Positions 50,817-60,898 of a stretch of 64,000 bases of DNA are shown here, piece after piece. The DNA comes from an uncultured Candidatus Rokubacteria bacterium (lineage in GTDB: Bacteria; Methylomirabilota; Methylomirabilia; Rokubacteriales; CSP1-6). The stretch covers positions 288,001 to 352,000 of the forward strand of contig CAVWFS010000019.1 of the NCBI GenBank assembly GCA_963754315.1. The letters are read 5' to 3'. Each line of letters begins with the position of its first letter. Position 1 is the stretch's first letter. A program made the position numbers and the translations under genes. The notes beneath the pieces were generated by a model that saw only the letters and a program-made list of their open reading frames with translations, had not been told where the DNA came from and did not search any database.

Positions 50817-50825
50817 CCCGGCCCG

Positions 50826-50856
50826 GGCGAGAGGCGGCCGGGGGCCGCCTCTCGCC
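50826..50856 (+). promoter_or_regulatory. Intercistronic stem-loop after livK (mRNA stabiliser or partial terminator)
   Basis: Perfect 14-bp stem ggcgagaggcggcc / ggccgcctctcgcc with a 3-nt loop. Confidence 0.6.
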
Positions 50857-50873
50857 ACCCCCCGCCGCGCCGC

Positions 50874-51845
50874 GTGGATTTCGAGCTTCTCGTCGGCATC
50901 TTTCCGCAGGTCCTGCTCGACGGGATCATTCTCGGCTTCATGTACGCCTTGATCGCGCTGGGCTACACGATGGTGTACGGCGTGCTCGAGTTCATCAACT
51001 TCGCCCACTCGGAGATCTTCGTGGTGGGCGCGTTCGTGGGGGTGGAGATCCTGCTGGGGCTCAAGCGGGCCGGGCTGCTGGACAGTGTGCCCTGGCCGTT
51101 CGTGCTGGTCCTCGTCCTGGTGGCCGGCATGACCGTGAGCGGCCTCCTGGCCGTCACCGTGGAGCGGGTCGCCTACCGGCCACTGCGGGGCTCACCGCGG
51201 CTGATCCCGCTCATCTCGGCCATCGGCGTTTCCTTCTTTCTGCAAGACCTCGTGCGCTTCGTGGAGTCGCTCTGGCAGAACGCCTTCAACCTCGTCTATC
51301 CGACCATCGACGCTCTCGACGTCCGCTTCGAGCTAACCCCGACCATCGACATCTCGGTGAAGTCTCTGGTGGTCATCGCGGGTGCGCTCATCACCCTCGG
51401 GGTCCTGCACCTGGTGGTCAATCGCACGAAGATCGGCATGGCCATTCGCGCTGTGGCCGAAGACCAGGCCGCGGCGAGCCTGATGGGCATCAACGTCAAC
51501 CGCATCATTTCCCTGACCTTCCTGATCGGGGGCGCTATGGGAGGGGCGGCCGGTGTCCTGTTCGGGGTCCAGTACGGCCTCGTCAATCCCTACAGCGGCT
51601 TTACTCCCGGGCTCAAAGCCTTCACGGCCGCCGTGCTGGGCGGGATCGGCAACATCCCCGGTGCCATGATCGGGGGCCTGGTGCTGGGGCTCCTGGAGGC
51701 GTTCGCCGCCTCCTACCTGTCACTGCTGACGGGCGGCGCCTTCGGCGCCGAGTACAAGGACATCTTCGCCTTCTCCATCTTGATCCTGATCCTCATCTTC
51801 CGACCCAAGGGCCTTCTCGGCGAAGTGGTACGGGAGCGGGCGTGA
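50874..51845 (+). CDS. livH: Branched-chain amino acid ABC permease LivH
   Basis: YALIALGYTMVYG...INFAH, ERVAYRPLR, KAFTAAVLGGIG. Confidence 0.93.
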   Translation: MDFELLVGIFPQVLLDGIILGFMYALIALGYTMVYGVLEFINFAHSEIFVVGAFVGVEILLGLKRAGLLDSVPWPFVLVLVLVAGMTVSGLLAVTVERVAYRPLRGSPRLIPLISAIGVSFFLQDLVRFVESLWQNAFNLVYPTIDALDVRFELTPTIDISVKSLVVIAGALITLGVLHLVVNRTKIGMAIRAVAEDQAAASLMGINVNRIISLTFLIGGAMGGAAGVLFGVQYGLVNPYSGFTPGLKAFTAAVLGGIGNIPGAMIGGLVLGLLEAFAASYLSLLTGGAFGAEYKDIFAFSILILILIFRPKGLLGEVVRERA

Positions 51846-53065
51846 TCCGCTCCGTCCTCGCCGTCGTGCTCCTCGCCATCTCGGTGGCGGCGGTGGCCAC
51901 CTTCCCGCGCTCGATCCTGGCCTTCCTGCTCTTTCAGGGCTCGTTGCTGGCCATCTACCTCTCGCGCTTGCCCGCCTGGCTGCGGGGCGGCCTCTTCGCC
52001 CTGGCTCTTCTGGTGATGATGCCGATCATCGGGTCCTTCAACGCGTATTACCTCGAGGTGGCGACCCAGGTCGGCATCTTCGTCGCCCTCGCCCTCGGCC
52101 TCAACATCGTGGTGGGGCTGGCCGGCCTCCTCGATCTCGGCTACGTGGCGTTCTTCGCGGTGGGCGCTTATTCCTGGGCAATATTCGGCTCGCCCCAGGC
52201 GAACTTCATCTTCGGCGGGGGCTTTCCCCTCGCGTCCTGGTGGTTCTATGCCTTCCTGGGGGTCGGCCTCCTGGTGGCGGCCGCCTGCGGCGTGGTGCTC
52301 GGCCTGCCCGTCCTCCGCCTACGGGGCGACTACTTGGCCATCGTCACCCTGGGCTTCGGCGAGGTCATTCGGGTCCTGGCCAATAATCTCGACAAGCCCA
52401 TCAACATCACCAACGGGCCCAAGGGCATCACCCCTATCGTGCGCCCGCCCGTCCCCTTCGGCATCTCGTACGGCGAGTTCTTCTACTTTCTCGTGCTGGC
52501 CATCGTGGTAGTCGTGATCCTCGTCAACCGGCGTCTGGCGGACTCGCACATCGGCCGCGCGTGGGAAGCCATGCGCGAGGATGATCTGGCCGCTCAGGCC
52601 ATGGGGGTACCCCTGGTCCGCGCCAAGCTCATGGCCTTCGCCTGCGGCGCTTCGTTCGCCGGAGTCATGGGGGTCGTCTTCGCATCGAAGCAGGTCTTCA
52701 TCAACCCCGAGTCCTTTACCTTTCTCGAATCTATTGGCGTGCTGGCCATGGTCATCCTGGGCGGGATGGGCTCCATCCCGGGCGCCGTGCTTGGCGCCAC
52801 CGTCGTCACCGTCCTGAATCTCCAGGTGCTCAAGGGCTTTTCCCTCTGGCTGAACGAGCTGAAGAACGCGGGCGTGACGATCCTCGGCTTCGAGCTGGCC
52901 GCGCTCCCCACCCAGTTCGAGCCCGCCAAGTACGAGCGCATGATCTTCGGGCTCATCCTGGTTCTCATGATGATCTTCCGTCCTCAGGGAATCCTCCCCG
53001 CCCAGCGGCGCCAGCGTGAGCTTCGGCGCCGGCCGGCGCCGGTCTCGGAGGGTTCCGCACCGTGA
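51842..53065 (+). CDS. livM: Branched-chain amino acid ABC permease LivM
   Basis: GLNIVVGLAGLLDLGYVAF, LRLRGDYLAIVTLGFGE, GRAWEAMRED, VILGGMG; GTG at 51842. Confidence 0.93.
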   Translation: MIRSVLAVVLLAISVAAVATFPRSILAFLLFQGSLLAIYLSRLPAWLRGGLFALALLVMMPIIGSFNAYYLEVATQVGIFVALALGLNIVVGLAGLLDLGYVAFFAVGAYSWAIFGSPQANFIFGGGFPLASWWFYAFLGVGLLVAAACGVVLGLPVLRLRGDYLAIVTLGFGEVIRVLANNLDKPINITNGPKGITPIVRPPVPFGISYGEFFYFLVLAIVVVVILVNRRLADSHIGRAWEAMREDDLAAQAMGVPLVRAKLMAFACGASFAGVMGVVFASKQVFINPESFTFLESIGVLAMVILGGMGSIPGAVLGATVVTVLNLQVLKGFSLWLNELKNAGVTILGFELAALPTQFEPAKYERMIFGLILVLMMIFRPQGILPAQRRQRELRRRPAPVSEGSAP

Positions 53066-53865
53066 CGACGCTGTTCGAGGCACGCGGCATCACCAAGCGC
53101 TTCGGCGGGCTCACCGCCGTGCACGACGTCGATTTCGCGCTCGAGAGCGGCATCGCGTCGATCATCGGGCCCAACGGGGCTGGTAAGACGACTCTCTTCA
53201 ACGTCTTTACCGGGCTCTACGTGCCCGACGCGGGGCAGGTCACCTTCAAGAGCCACCTGCTGACCGGTCGGCGGCCCGACCAGATCACGGCGTTCGGTGT
53301 GTGCCGGACGTTCCAGAACATCCGCCTCTTCGGCAACATGACGGTGATCGAGAACGTCCTGGTGGGCATGCACTCGCGCGTCCGGCTGAGTCTGTGGGAT
53401 GTGCTCGTGCGCGGAGGGCGCTTCCACCGGACGGAAGGCGCGCTGTTTGAGCGAGGGGCGGGGCTGCTCGATCGGGTCGGCCTGCGTGAGCAGGCCAACG
53501 ACCTTGCGCGGAGCCTCCCCTACGGCGATCAGCGCCGGCTGGAGATCGCGCGGGCCCTCGGCTCCGAGCCAGCGCTCCTCCTTCTCGACGAGCCCACGGC
53601 CGGGATGACCCAGGGCGAGGCGCGCACCTTGATGGATCTGTTGCGGCGCCTGGTGAGCGATCTCGGGCTAGCTATCGTCCTCATCGAGCACAACATGCGG
53701 GTCGTCATGGAGGTCTCCGACCGGGTGACCGTGCTCGACCACGGCGAGAAGATCGCGGAGGGGCGCCCCGCGGACGTGCAGGCCGATGCGCGGGTGATCG
53801 AGGCCTATCTGGGACGGGCCGCCAGTGCTGGCCGCGCCGCGAGAGCGCCGCGTGCTCCGCGTTGA
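53062..53865 (+). CDS. livG: Branched-chain amino acid ABC ATP-binding protein LivG
   Basis: FGGL.AV, GPNGAGKTT, RTFQNIRLF, LPYGDQRRLEIA, IEHNM. Confidence 0.93.
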   Translation: MTTLFEARGITKRFGGLTAVHDVDFALESGIASIIGPNGAGKTTLFNVFTGLYVPDAGQVTFKSHLLTGRRPDQITAFGVCRTFQNIRLFGNMTVIENVLVGMHSRVRLSLWDVLVRGGRFHRTEGALFERGAGLLDRVGLREQANDLARSLPYGDQRRLEIARALGSEPALLLLDEPTAGMTQGEARTLMDLLRRLVSDLGLAIVLIEHNMRVVMEVSDRVTVLDHGEKIAEGRPADVQADARVIEAYLGRAASAGRAARAPRAPR

Positions 53866-54553
53866 CGCGCTCCACGTCTACTACGGCGAGATCCACGCCC
53901 TCAAGGGAGTGACCTTAGCGGTTGAGCGGGGCGAGATCGTGGCCCTGCTCGGCAACAACGGCGCCGGCAAGACCACCACCTTGAAGACCATCTCCGGCCT
54001 CCTCACGCCGCGCACGGGAGCCGTGAGCCTGGAGGGTGAGGCGCTCACCGGGCGACCAGCCCACGAGGTGGTGCTGAAGGGAATCGCCCACGTTCCCGAG
54101 GGACGGCGAATCTTCAACCGCCTCACCGTCCGGGAGAACCTCCTGATGGGAGCCTATCGGCGGCACGACGGCGGTATCGCGGGGGACCTGGAGCGCGCGC
54201 TCACGCTCTTTCCGCGTCTCGGTGAGCGGCTCGTCCAGGTGGCGGGGACGCTTTCCGGCGGCGAACAGCAGATGCTGGCCATCGCGCGCGCGCTCATGGC
54301 CAATCCCCGGCTGTTGCTCCTCGACGAGCCTAGCATGGGGCTGGCGCCCGTCCTGGTGGAGCAGATCTTCCAGACCATTGACGACATCAACCGCCAGGGC
54401 ACCACCATCCTCCTCGTCGAACAGAACGCGGCCATGGCCCTGTCCATCGCGCATCGCGCATACGTGCTGGAGACGGGGGTAGTGGCCCTCGCCGGCCCGG
54501 CCGGAGAGCTGGCAGAGAATCCCGACGTACGACGCGCCTACCTGGGCGAGTAG
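53852..54553 (+). CDS. livF: Branched-chain amino acid ABC ATP-binding protein LivF
   Basis: YG.IHALKG, GNNGAGKTT, VPEGRRIF, LSGGEQQMLA, DEPSMGLAP, VEQNA. Confidence 0.93.
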   Translation: MLRVDALHVYYGEIHALKGVTLAVERGEIVALLGNNGAGKTTTLKTISGLLTPRTGAVSLEGEALTGRPAHEVVLKGIAHVPEGRRIFNRLTVRENLLMGAYRRHDGGIAGDLERALTLFPRLGERLVQVAGTLSGGEQQMLAIARALMANPRLLLLDEPSMGLAPVLVEQIFQTIDDINRQGTTILLVEQNAAMALSIAHRAYVLETGVVALAGPAGELAENPDVRRAYLGE

Positions 54554-54601
54554 CGGACGGGGATATGATGACGACGGGCGGACAGCGGGAGAGGAGCACG
54601 C

Positions 54602-55075
54602 ATGCAGACCCAGGGACTGACGTTCGAGGCGCATACCATCGGGGCGAAGTATCACACCCGCCGGCGGACGGTGTCGGAGACGGACATCGTCACCTTCGTC
54701 AACCTGTGCGGTTTCATTGAGCCGCTCTTCGTGGATATGGAGTATGTGGCCCACCAGTCGGTCTTCAAGAAGCGGGCGGCGCCGGGCGCGCTGACGTTCG
54801 CTCTCTCCGAAGGTCTCATCATCCAGACGGGGCTCATCCACGGCACGGGCATGGCCTATCTGGGGGGCGAGATGCGGCTAGTCGCCCCCGTGCTCGAAGG
54901 CGACACGATCCAGGTGGAGGTCGAGGTCGCCGACAAGCGCGAGACGAAAAAGTCCGATCGGGGGATCGTGAGTTATACGCACCGGGTCACCAACCAGCGG
55001 GGCGAGATCGTGCTGGAAGCTCGCCTGCAGCGCATGATCCGACGTGAAACAGCCGCCGGGGGCCCGGAGCGGTGA
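54602..55075 (+). CDS. MaoC-like (hotdog-fold) dehydratase
   Basis: RTVSETDI..F, APV..GDTI, DRGIV...V.NQRGE.V. Confidence 0.85.
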   Translation: MQTQGLTFEAHTIGAKYHTRRRTVSETDIVTFVNLCGFIEPLFVDMEYVAHQSVFKKRAAPGALTFALSEGLIIQTGLIHGTGMAYLGGEMRLVAPVLEGDTIQVEVEVADKRETKKSDRGIVSYTHRVTNQRGEIVLEARLQRMIRRETAAGGPER

Positions 55076-55506
55076 GACCTTTCCGCTCGACGGGACGCTT
55101 TGTCGCCCCGCTCGGAGTGTTCGCCCTGCTCATGATCGCGTGCTCGCCGACACCTTACCGGCCCCTGAAGCTCGAGGGCGGCTACACGGACACACGCATG
55201 AGCGCCGACACCTTCAACGTGATCTTTAGGGCCAACAGTCATACCTCACGGCAGACCGCCGAGACCTACGCGCTCTATCGTGCCGCTGAGCTCACCGTCG
55301 AGTCGGGCTACGAGTACTTCGTGGTCATCGGGGGCAATTCGGAGGCGCTCTACGGCGGTATGCCCGAAAGCGCGCCGACGAACTCGAGCGGGGCGATTCT
55401 CTCGATCGTGGTGCTCTTCAGGGCTTTCAAGGGCGAGAAGCCCTCAGGCCCGGCCTTCAACGCCAGGGATGTGCTCCGAGAGCTCGGACCCAGCATCGCC
55501 CGATAG
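55072..55506 (+). CDS. Conserved lipoprotein (CC0125/CC1285-like)
   Basis: Lipobox IAC; TPY....GGY.D, F.AN..TS, ALYRAAELT...GY.YF. Confidence 0.7.
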   Translation: MRPFRSTGRFVAPLGVFALLMIACSPTPYRPLKLEGGYTDTRMSADTFNVIFRANSHTSRQTAETYALYRAAELTVESGYEYFVVIGGNSEALYGGMPESAPTNSSGAILSIVVLFRAFKGEKPSGPAFNARDVLRELGPSIAR

Positions 55507-55533
55507 GCTCCTCTGTCCGGCCGGTTTGCTAGC

Positions 55534-57444
55534 ATGACGCCGATGTCGCGGCCGGGGATTCTAGCTCGGGAGGGGGCCATACTGGTCGTCCTCCTCTGCG
55601 TGGCCAGCGCGTGCGCCACTCCCATCGGCGTCGTCAAGGCCAGCCCCCAGGCCGTGTATCACACGCTCACGGCCAGCGTGCTCACCACAGGCAGGCCAAG
55701 CGCAACCAGTGAGCAAGTGCTGCATCGCAACGGTCTTACCGAGCGCTTCAGCAAGGAGCCCGAGGTCGTGTTGGCCGAGCTGCGGGGGACAGGGGTCGGG
55801 CTCAATCGGGACGACATCTTCGCGCTGGCCGAGCTGTCGTTCCTCCACGCGGAAAGCAGCCAGAAGCGGGACTACTACCTAGCCTCGGCCGTGTATGCCT
55901 ACGCCTTTCTCTTTCCGGAGGATCAGACGATCGAGAACAGCCCTCTCGACCCACGGCTTGGGCTTTCGGCCAACCTGTACAACCTTGGACTGACTCTGGG
56001 TTTGGCTTCGCCCGACGGCGACCTTGACTTACAGCCGGGCCCTCGTCCCCTCCCGTTCGGGCAGCTAATCCTCGAAACCGATCCGGAGGATTTCCTCTGG
56101 GCTGGCTACCGATTGAATCGGTTCGTGCCCGTGGCCCAGTTCAAGGTGCGCGGTCTTCGCAACCGTTATCGACAGCCGGGAGTGGGCGCCCCGCTGGCGG
56201 CGGGGGTGACCCCGGAAGGACAGGGGCCAGCCGCCGAGCGCGCGCGCAAGCACATCCCAGCTCGCGTCAAGGTCGCGGGGACGGCCCTCGTCCGCATCGC
56301 GCGGCCTCTCGAGGGCATTGCCACCGGACAGGTCCTCGGACAGCTCGAGCTCCACACGATTGACGGGGCCCTCACGGTGCAGATCAACGGGCAGAGAGTA
56401 CCCCTGGAGCTGGAGCCGACCGCCACCCTGGCCTATCAGCTCGAGGGAGCCCACGTCTGGGACACCGAACTCGCGGGGTTCCTCTCCGCCGATCAGAAGG
56501 TCTCCCCTGAAGGCCTCGGGATGATCCACCCCTACCGGCCGGGGCGAGTGCCGGTGGTCCTGATCCACGGGACCGCCTCGAGCCCGGCGCGCTGGGCGGA
56601 GATGGTCAACGAGCTCGAGAACGACCCGGTGCTCCGGGACCGTCTGCAGTTCTGGTTATTCACGTACAACACGAGCAATCCAATCCTGCTCTCGGCCAGC
56701 GAGCTGCGCGACGCGCTGGCCGGAACCTTGGCGGACTTCGATCCCGAGGGACGCGACCCCGCTCTACAGACCATCGTTCTGATCGGCCACAGCCAGGGGG
56801 GTATGCTCACACGCTTGATGGTCACCGACAGCGGGACCCGTTTCTGGGACGCGGCAAGCCGGAAATCCTTCGACGAGATCAAGGCCGATCCCGCGCTGCG
56901 GGAGCAGCTTCAAAAGACCATGTTCTTCAAACCGCTCCCCTATGTCACCCGCGTCGTATTCATTGCCACCCCCCACCAGGGAAGCTTCCGAGTGTCGACG
57001 TTCGTCTTGAGTCTCGTCCGCCGACTCGTCACGCTGCCGATAAGGCTCGCGAAGGACATGAAGGATCTGGTGGACCAGAATCCTGATCTTCTGGCGACCG
57101 GCGAGGTCCCGACGGCCGTAGACAACATGCGTCCCGGAAATCGCTTCGTGAAAACACTCTCGGCGAGCCCCATCGCTGACGGGGTGGTGGCGCACTCCAT
57201 CGTGGCGGTTCAGGGGGATGGCCCCATCAGCAGCCTGGGTGACGGAGTGGTGCTGTACCAGAGCGCGCATCTCGAAGGGGTCGCTTCAGAGAAGGTCGTC
57301 CGCTCCAGTCACTCGACACAGGGCGAGCCGGCCACGATCGAAGAGGTCCGACGGATCCTTCGCGAGCACATCGCGGAGTGGGATCGCTCACGGCCACCCC
57401 GGGTGGAGGACAGACCCCCAATGATCCGGGAGGAGTCACAGTAA
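55534..57444 (+). CDS. Alpha/beta-hydrolase (lipase/esterase-like) lipoprotein
   Basis: Lipobox SAC; PVVLIHGTASS, GHSQGG nucleophile elbow, IATPHQGS, DGVV.Y.SAH. Confidence 0.85.
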   Translation: MTPMSRPGILAREGAILVVLLCVASACATPIGVVKASPQAVYHTLTASVLTTGRPSATSEQVLHRNGLTERFSKEPEVVLAELRGTGVGLNRDDIFALAELSFLHAESSQKRDYYLASAVYAYAFLFPEDQTIENSPLDPRLGLSANLYNLGLTLGLASPDGDLDLQPGPRPLPFGQLILETDPEDFLWAGYRLNRFVPVAQFKVRGLRNRYRQPGVGAPLAAGVTPEGQGPAAERARKHIPARVKVAGTALVRIARPLEGIATGQVLGQLELHTIDGALTVQINGQRVPLELEPTATLAYQLEGAHVWDTELAGFLSADQKVSPEGLGMIHPYRPGRVPVVLIHGTASSPARWAEMVNELENDPVLRDRLQFWLFTYNTSNPILLSASELRDALAGTLADFDPEGRDPALQTIVLIGHSQGGMLTRLMVTDSGTRFWDAASRKSFDEIKADPALREQLQKTMFFKPLPYVTRVVFIATPHQGSFRVSTFVLSLVRRLVTLPIRLAKDMKDLVDQNPDLLATGEVPTAVDNMRPGNRFVKTLSASPIADGVVAHSIVAVQGDGPISSLGDGVVLYQSAHLEGVASEKVVRSSHSTQGEPATIEEVRRILREHIAEWDRSRPPRVEDRPPMIREESQ

Positions 57445-57466
57445 TGTTTATGCGTCGTGAGGCCGG

Positions 57467-58106
57467 TCACTTGGTGGGCAGCGGCGACGTGATACCCATC
57501 GAGACATAGATCGCCGTCAACGTCTCCACGCCAATGTTGGCAGGCCGCACCCAGCTCATCGGCACGTACAGCAAGGCACCGCCAAACGGCACCGGTGCCG
57601 TCGGAATCAGCACGGCAAGGTATGGGCGCCCGTCGATGTCGACGGGCTGAGCGTTGGGAGCCAGCGCGAGCACGGCCACGCTGTCGCCACCGAAGAAGCA
57701 CCACACCGGGCTCATAGCGCCGATGTCCGCCTCCTGCTTTCGGTCGAGCAGGCCGACGAAGCGGTCGGCGATGTTATAGAGGCTGCCGACCAAGGGAATC
57801 CGCCGTAGCGTTCGATCGGTCAGATTTTTCAGGGGCCGCTTCAGACCCGCTTGTGCCGCCAAACCCAGCAGATAGACGGCCGCGATCAGCACGAGGGTGC
57901 CCGAAGACGTACGCGAGACCGGGATTGCTCGAGAATGGATACCCCAGGGCGGCAAAGATCCGGCCGACCACGCTGCCCGGTCCGACGATTCGGTTCACCA
58001 GACCGACGACCCACGCCAGCACCGCCGCCGTAAGCGCCAGAGGCAACAAGACGAGCAGCCCGGCCAGCCACGTCTCTGCGATGGACTCGAAACTGCGCTT
58101 GATCAT
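57467..58106 (-). CDS. DUF502-family membrane protein, apparent +1 frameshift near 57900
   Basis: LAGLLVLLPLALT N-terminus; RIPLVGSLY and VLIPTAPVPFGG in the shifted frame; extra base in a G run. Confidence 0.8.
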
Positions 58107-58196
58107 GGGTCGCGAGACGCCGGTAGTGTAGCGCACCCGTGAGAGCGAGACGGTTGCCAGAGGAAGGTCAGTGGACTACTGTCCCGACGTGGTGCC

Positions 58197-59054
58197 ATGA
58201 GCGATCGAACCACGTCCCCTTCCGCTCACGCCCGCGGATTCGGGCTCGAGTCACCGGCCGTCCGCATTGGGCTCCTGGTCGTGCTGGCCGTGGTGAGCAT
58301 CTCGGTCCTGTGCTTCATGCCACGCATTCCTCAGCCCCTCGCCTACCACAACTTTGCCGACCAGCGAACACTGCTCGGCATCCCTCATGCCCTGAACGTT
58401 GTGTCCAACCTGCCGTTCCTCCTGGTCGGGGTCGCTGGCCTGGGCTTCATCCGATGCCAATCTCCCTACCCGGCCGGGCGCCACTTTCTGTCCTCTGCCG
58501 AGCGCTGGCCCTGGTTCATCTTCTTCCTCGGCACGACCCTCACCGGTGTCGGGTCGGCCTGGTACCACCTCGCTCCCGACAACGCGCGGCTCGTCTGGGA
58601 CCGTTTGCCCATGACGCTCGGCTTCATGTCACTGTTTGCGGTGATGATCGCCGAGCGCATCGACCTTCGGCTGGGGCTCGGGTTACTCGGACCATTGGTG
58701 GCGGCCGGACTCGGGAGCGTCCTCTACTGGCACTGGACGGAGCTTGCCGGGGCGGGCGACCTCCGCCCCTATGCCGCGGTTCAGTTTTTCCCGTTCCTCG
58801 CTATCCCGCTCATGTTGCTACTCCTCCCGGCCCGCTACACCGGCACGGCCGACATCTGGATCGCGCTTCTGTGGTACGGCCTCGGCAAGCTCTTCGAGGC
58901 GCTCGATGGTCAGATCTACGAGCTGACTCACCACGTCATCAGCGGCCATTCCTTGAAACACCTGGCGACGGCGGCCGCGGCGTGGTGGTTTCTGCGCATG
59001 CTTCGTCGGCGCGTTCCACTGGCGCCTTCGCAGGAAGCCCCCGGCCTGCCTTGA
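58197..59054 (+). CDS. Ceramidase-like (CREST superfamily) membrane protein
   Basis: YHNFADQR, NVVSNLPF, GSAWYHL.P....LVWDRLPM, SGHSLKH. Confidence 0.82.
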   Translation: MSDRTTSPSAHARGFGLESPAVRIGLLVVLAVVSISVLCFMPRIPQPLAYHNFADQRTLLGIPHALNVVSNLPFLLVGVAGLGFIRCQSPYPAGRHFLSSAERWPWFIFFLGTTLTGVGSAWYHLAPDNARLVWDRLPMTLGFMSLFAVMIAERIDLRLGLGLLGPLVAAGLGSVLYWHWTELAGAGDLRPYAAVQFFPFLAIPLMLLLLPARYTGTADIWIALLWYGLGKLFEALDGQIYELTHHVISGHSLKHLATAAAAWWFLRMLRRRVPLAPSQEAPGLP

Positions 59055-59208
59055 CCGGTCCTTCGCCCCCGGCCTATCATTCAATCTGTTCCTCACGCAG
59101 TTCAAACCATGATGGACGGGGTGCGCGGGCAGTGGCGGCGAGGCTCAGTCGCCTGCATGGTGAGCCGTGGTTTCTTGCCCTGAACATCGCGACCAGAGGA
59201 GACACGTC

Positions 59209-59700
59209 ATGAGCACCCTCGTGGTGATCGAGTACGACGATCAGTACAAGGCGGAGGAGATGCGGCTGAAGTTGCGCAAGATGCAGAAGGAGTACCTCAT
59301 CGATCTGGAAGACGCGGTGGTGGCCGTGAAGGACGACAAGGGGAAGATCAAGCTGCACCAGGCAATCAACCTGACCGCCGCCGGCGCGGTGAGCGGGGGC
59401 TTTTGGGGGTCGCTCATCGGCCTCATCTTCCTCAATCCACTCCTGGGCATGGCGATGGGGGCGGCGGCGGGGGCAGTCTCCGGCGCCCTGCGCGATGTCG
59501 GCATCGACGACCGATTCATGAAAGATCTCGCCGATGGCTTGCCTGCCAAAAGCTCGGCGCTGTTCGTCCTGGTCAGGAAGAGCACGCCAGACCGCGTGCT
59601 GGAAGAGGTCAAAGGGATGGGCGGCAAGATTCTGAAGACCTCGCTCACGCACGAGGACGAGACCAAGCTCCAGACGGCCCTCAACGCCGCCAAGCAGTAG
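59209..59700 (+). CDS. DUF1269-family membrane protein
   Basis: MSTLVVI.Y, LIDLEDAVV, GGFWG.LIGLIF..P, D.GIDD.F, SSALFVL, KTSL..E.E.KL. Confidence 0.88.
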   Translation: MSTLVVIEYDDQYKAEEMRLKLRKMQKEYLIDLEDAVVAVKDDKGKIKLHQAINLTAAGAVSGGFWGSLIGLIFLNPLLGMAMGAAAGAVSGALRDVGIDDRFMKDLADGLPAKSSALFVLVRKSTPDRVLEEVKGMGGKILKTSLTHEDETKLQTALNAAKQ

Positions 59701-59710
59701 ACCTGAACGA

Positions 59711-59765
59711 CGCCCCGTCGCGCGTGTAACCGCGCTGGCGCTGATCGCCAGCGCGGGACGGGGCG
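59711..59765. terminator. Long GC hairpin between convergent units
   Basis: ccgcgctggcg (59730-59740) pairs with cgccagcgcgg (59746-59756); outer stem cgccccgtc / gacggggcg. Confidence 0.5.
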
Positions 59766-59815
59766 CCCGCTCTCTGCCCGAGATGTTCTGCGACCGGTCT
59801 AGAGGCGCGACGGGC

Positions 59816-59836
59816 TCACAGGTCGGGCATCAGCAT
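59816..59836 (-). pseudogene. Possible first codons of a deleted VapC (PIN) toxin
   Basis: ATG CTG ATG CCC GAC CTG TGA (MLMPDL*) begins 8 nt after the inferred vapB stop and resembles the VapC start M-x-x-P-D-V-N. Confidence 0.4.
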
Positions 59837-59844
59837 GGGAAGGG

Positions 59845-60107
59845 TCAGCGTCGACGACGCTTCCAACCCTCGAGGTCTTCGCGTCTCCTCGATCGTTCGG
59901 AGCTTCGTCAGATCGACGCCAGGTCGCAGCCCCTCACCCTTTACCGTGATGAGTCGGAACGGCGCCCCCCTGGACGGCGCCTCGCGCCGGGTGAGCTGAG
60001 CGCGCAACGCCTCCGCGATGACGGCGCTGACCGACTTGCCCTCGCTCCCAGGCCCGCCGTTTGACGTCCGCCGCGAGCCCTTCGTCGAGCGTGATCGTCG
60101 TACGCAT
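59845..60107 (-). pseudogene. VapB/CopG-like RHH antitoxin with two apparent +1 frameshifts
   Basis: MRTTITLDEGLAADVKRRA/(fs)/SEGKSVSAVIAEALRAQL...PFRLITVKGEGLRPGVDL.../(fs)/EDLEGWKRRRR*. Confidence 0.7.
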
Positions 60108-60150
60108 GCATCAGATCATACCGCTACTACATCAGCGATGCAGCCTGTGG

Positions 60151-60670
60151 CTAGTGCCCGGCGACGTCCTCGAAGAACCTGGCGAAGGCCACGATACCGC
60201 CGCCGGCCTGGCCCCAGTCGAAATTCTCGTTGGGGGCGTGATAGCCATGCTCGGGGAGCGACAGGCCCATGAACACGATCGGGCACTTGAGGATCTGCTC
60301 CATGAAGAGGACGGCTCCGATAGTGCCGCCCTCGCGCACGATCACGGGGTTCTTGCCGAAGGCGAACTTCATCGCGTCCTTGACTGACTCGAAGTAGGGC
60401 CCCTCGGTGACGCCCCTGTATGCCGGGGCCGCCTTGGCCGCCTCGATCCGCACGTCAGGGTTGCGCCGCTTGACGAAGCCCTTGACGAGTTTCACCACCT
60501 TCTCGCCCTTCATGTTCGGCACCAGCCGCATCGAGACCTTCAGCTCGGCGCGCGGCGGCACGATGGTCTTGACGCCGGGGCCCGCGCAGCCGCCCGCCAA
60601 GCCGTTGACCTCGAAGGTCGGGATTGCCCACAGCCGCTTGACCGCGTCGAGGGGGTCGCGGGTGCGGACT
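60151..60670 (-). pseudogene. C-terminal fragment of an M20 dipeptidase/ArgE-DapE-family peptidase
   Basis: LWAIPTFEVNGL.GG..G.G.KTIVP, KVSMRLVP, REGGTI, HAPNENF; the N-terminal metal-binding half is absent. Confidence 0.75.
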
Positions 60671-60898
60671 GGGAGGGCCGCTCGCGGCGTAGTCCGCGTC
60701 GGCATCGAGGCGCCCCGTCAGGAGCAACTCTCTGCCCAGCGCCGCGAACGTGCTCGCCGCACTCGCGATCGTCAGTGACTGCAAAAGATCTGAGTGTCGA
60801 ACATAACATAGCTTTCAGGACGGTACCCTTAGGGTGACTTCGTCCACAGCCCAGAGCCGGGGTACACTGGCACCGCGAATCCAGCAGCGAGGTGACGC

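Noticed and set aside
50756..51841. N-terminal part of the 769-aa ORF
   Set aside because: Alternative-frame shadow of livH; the real livM starts at GTG 51842.
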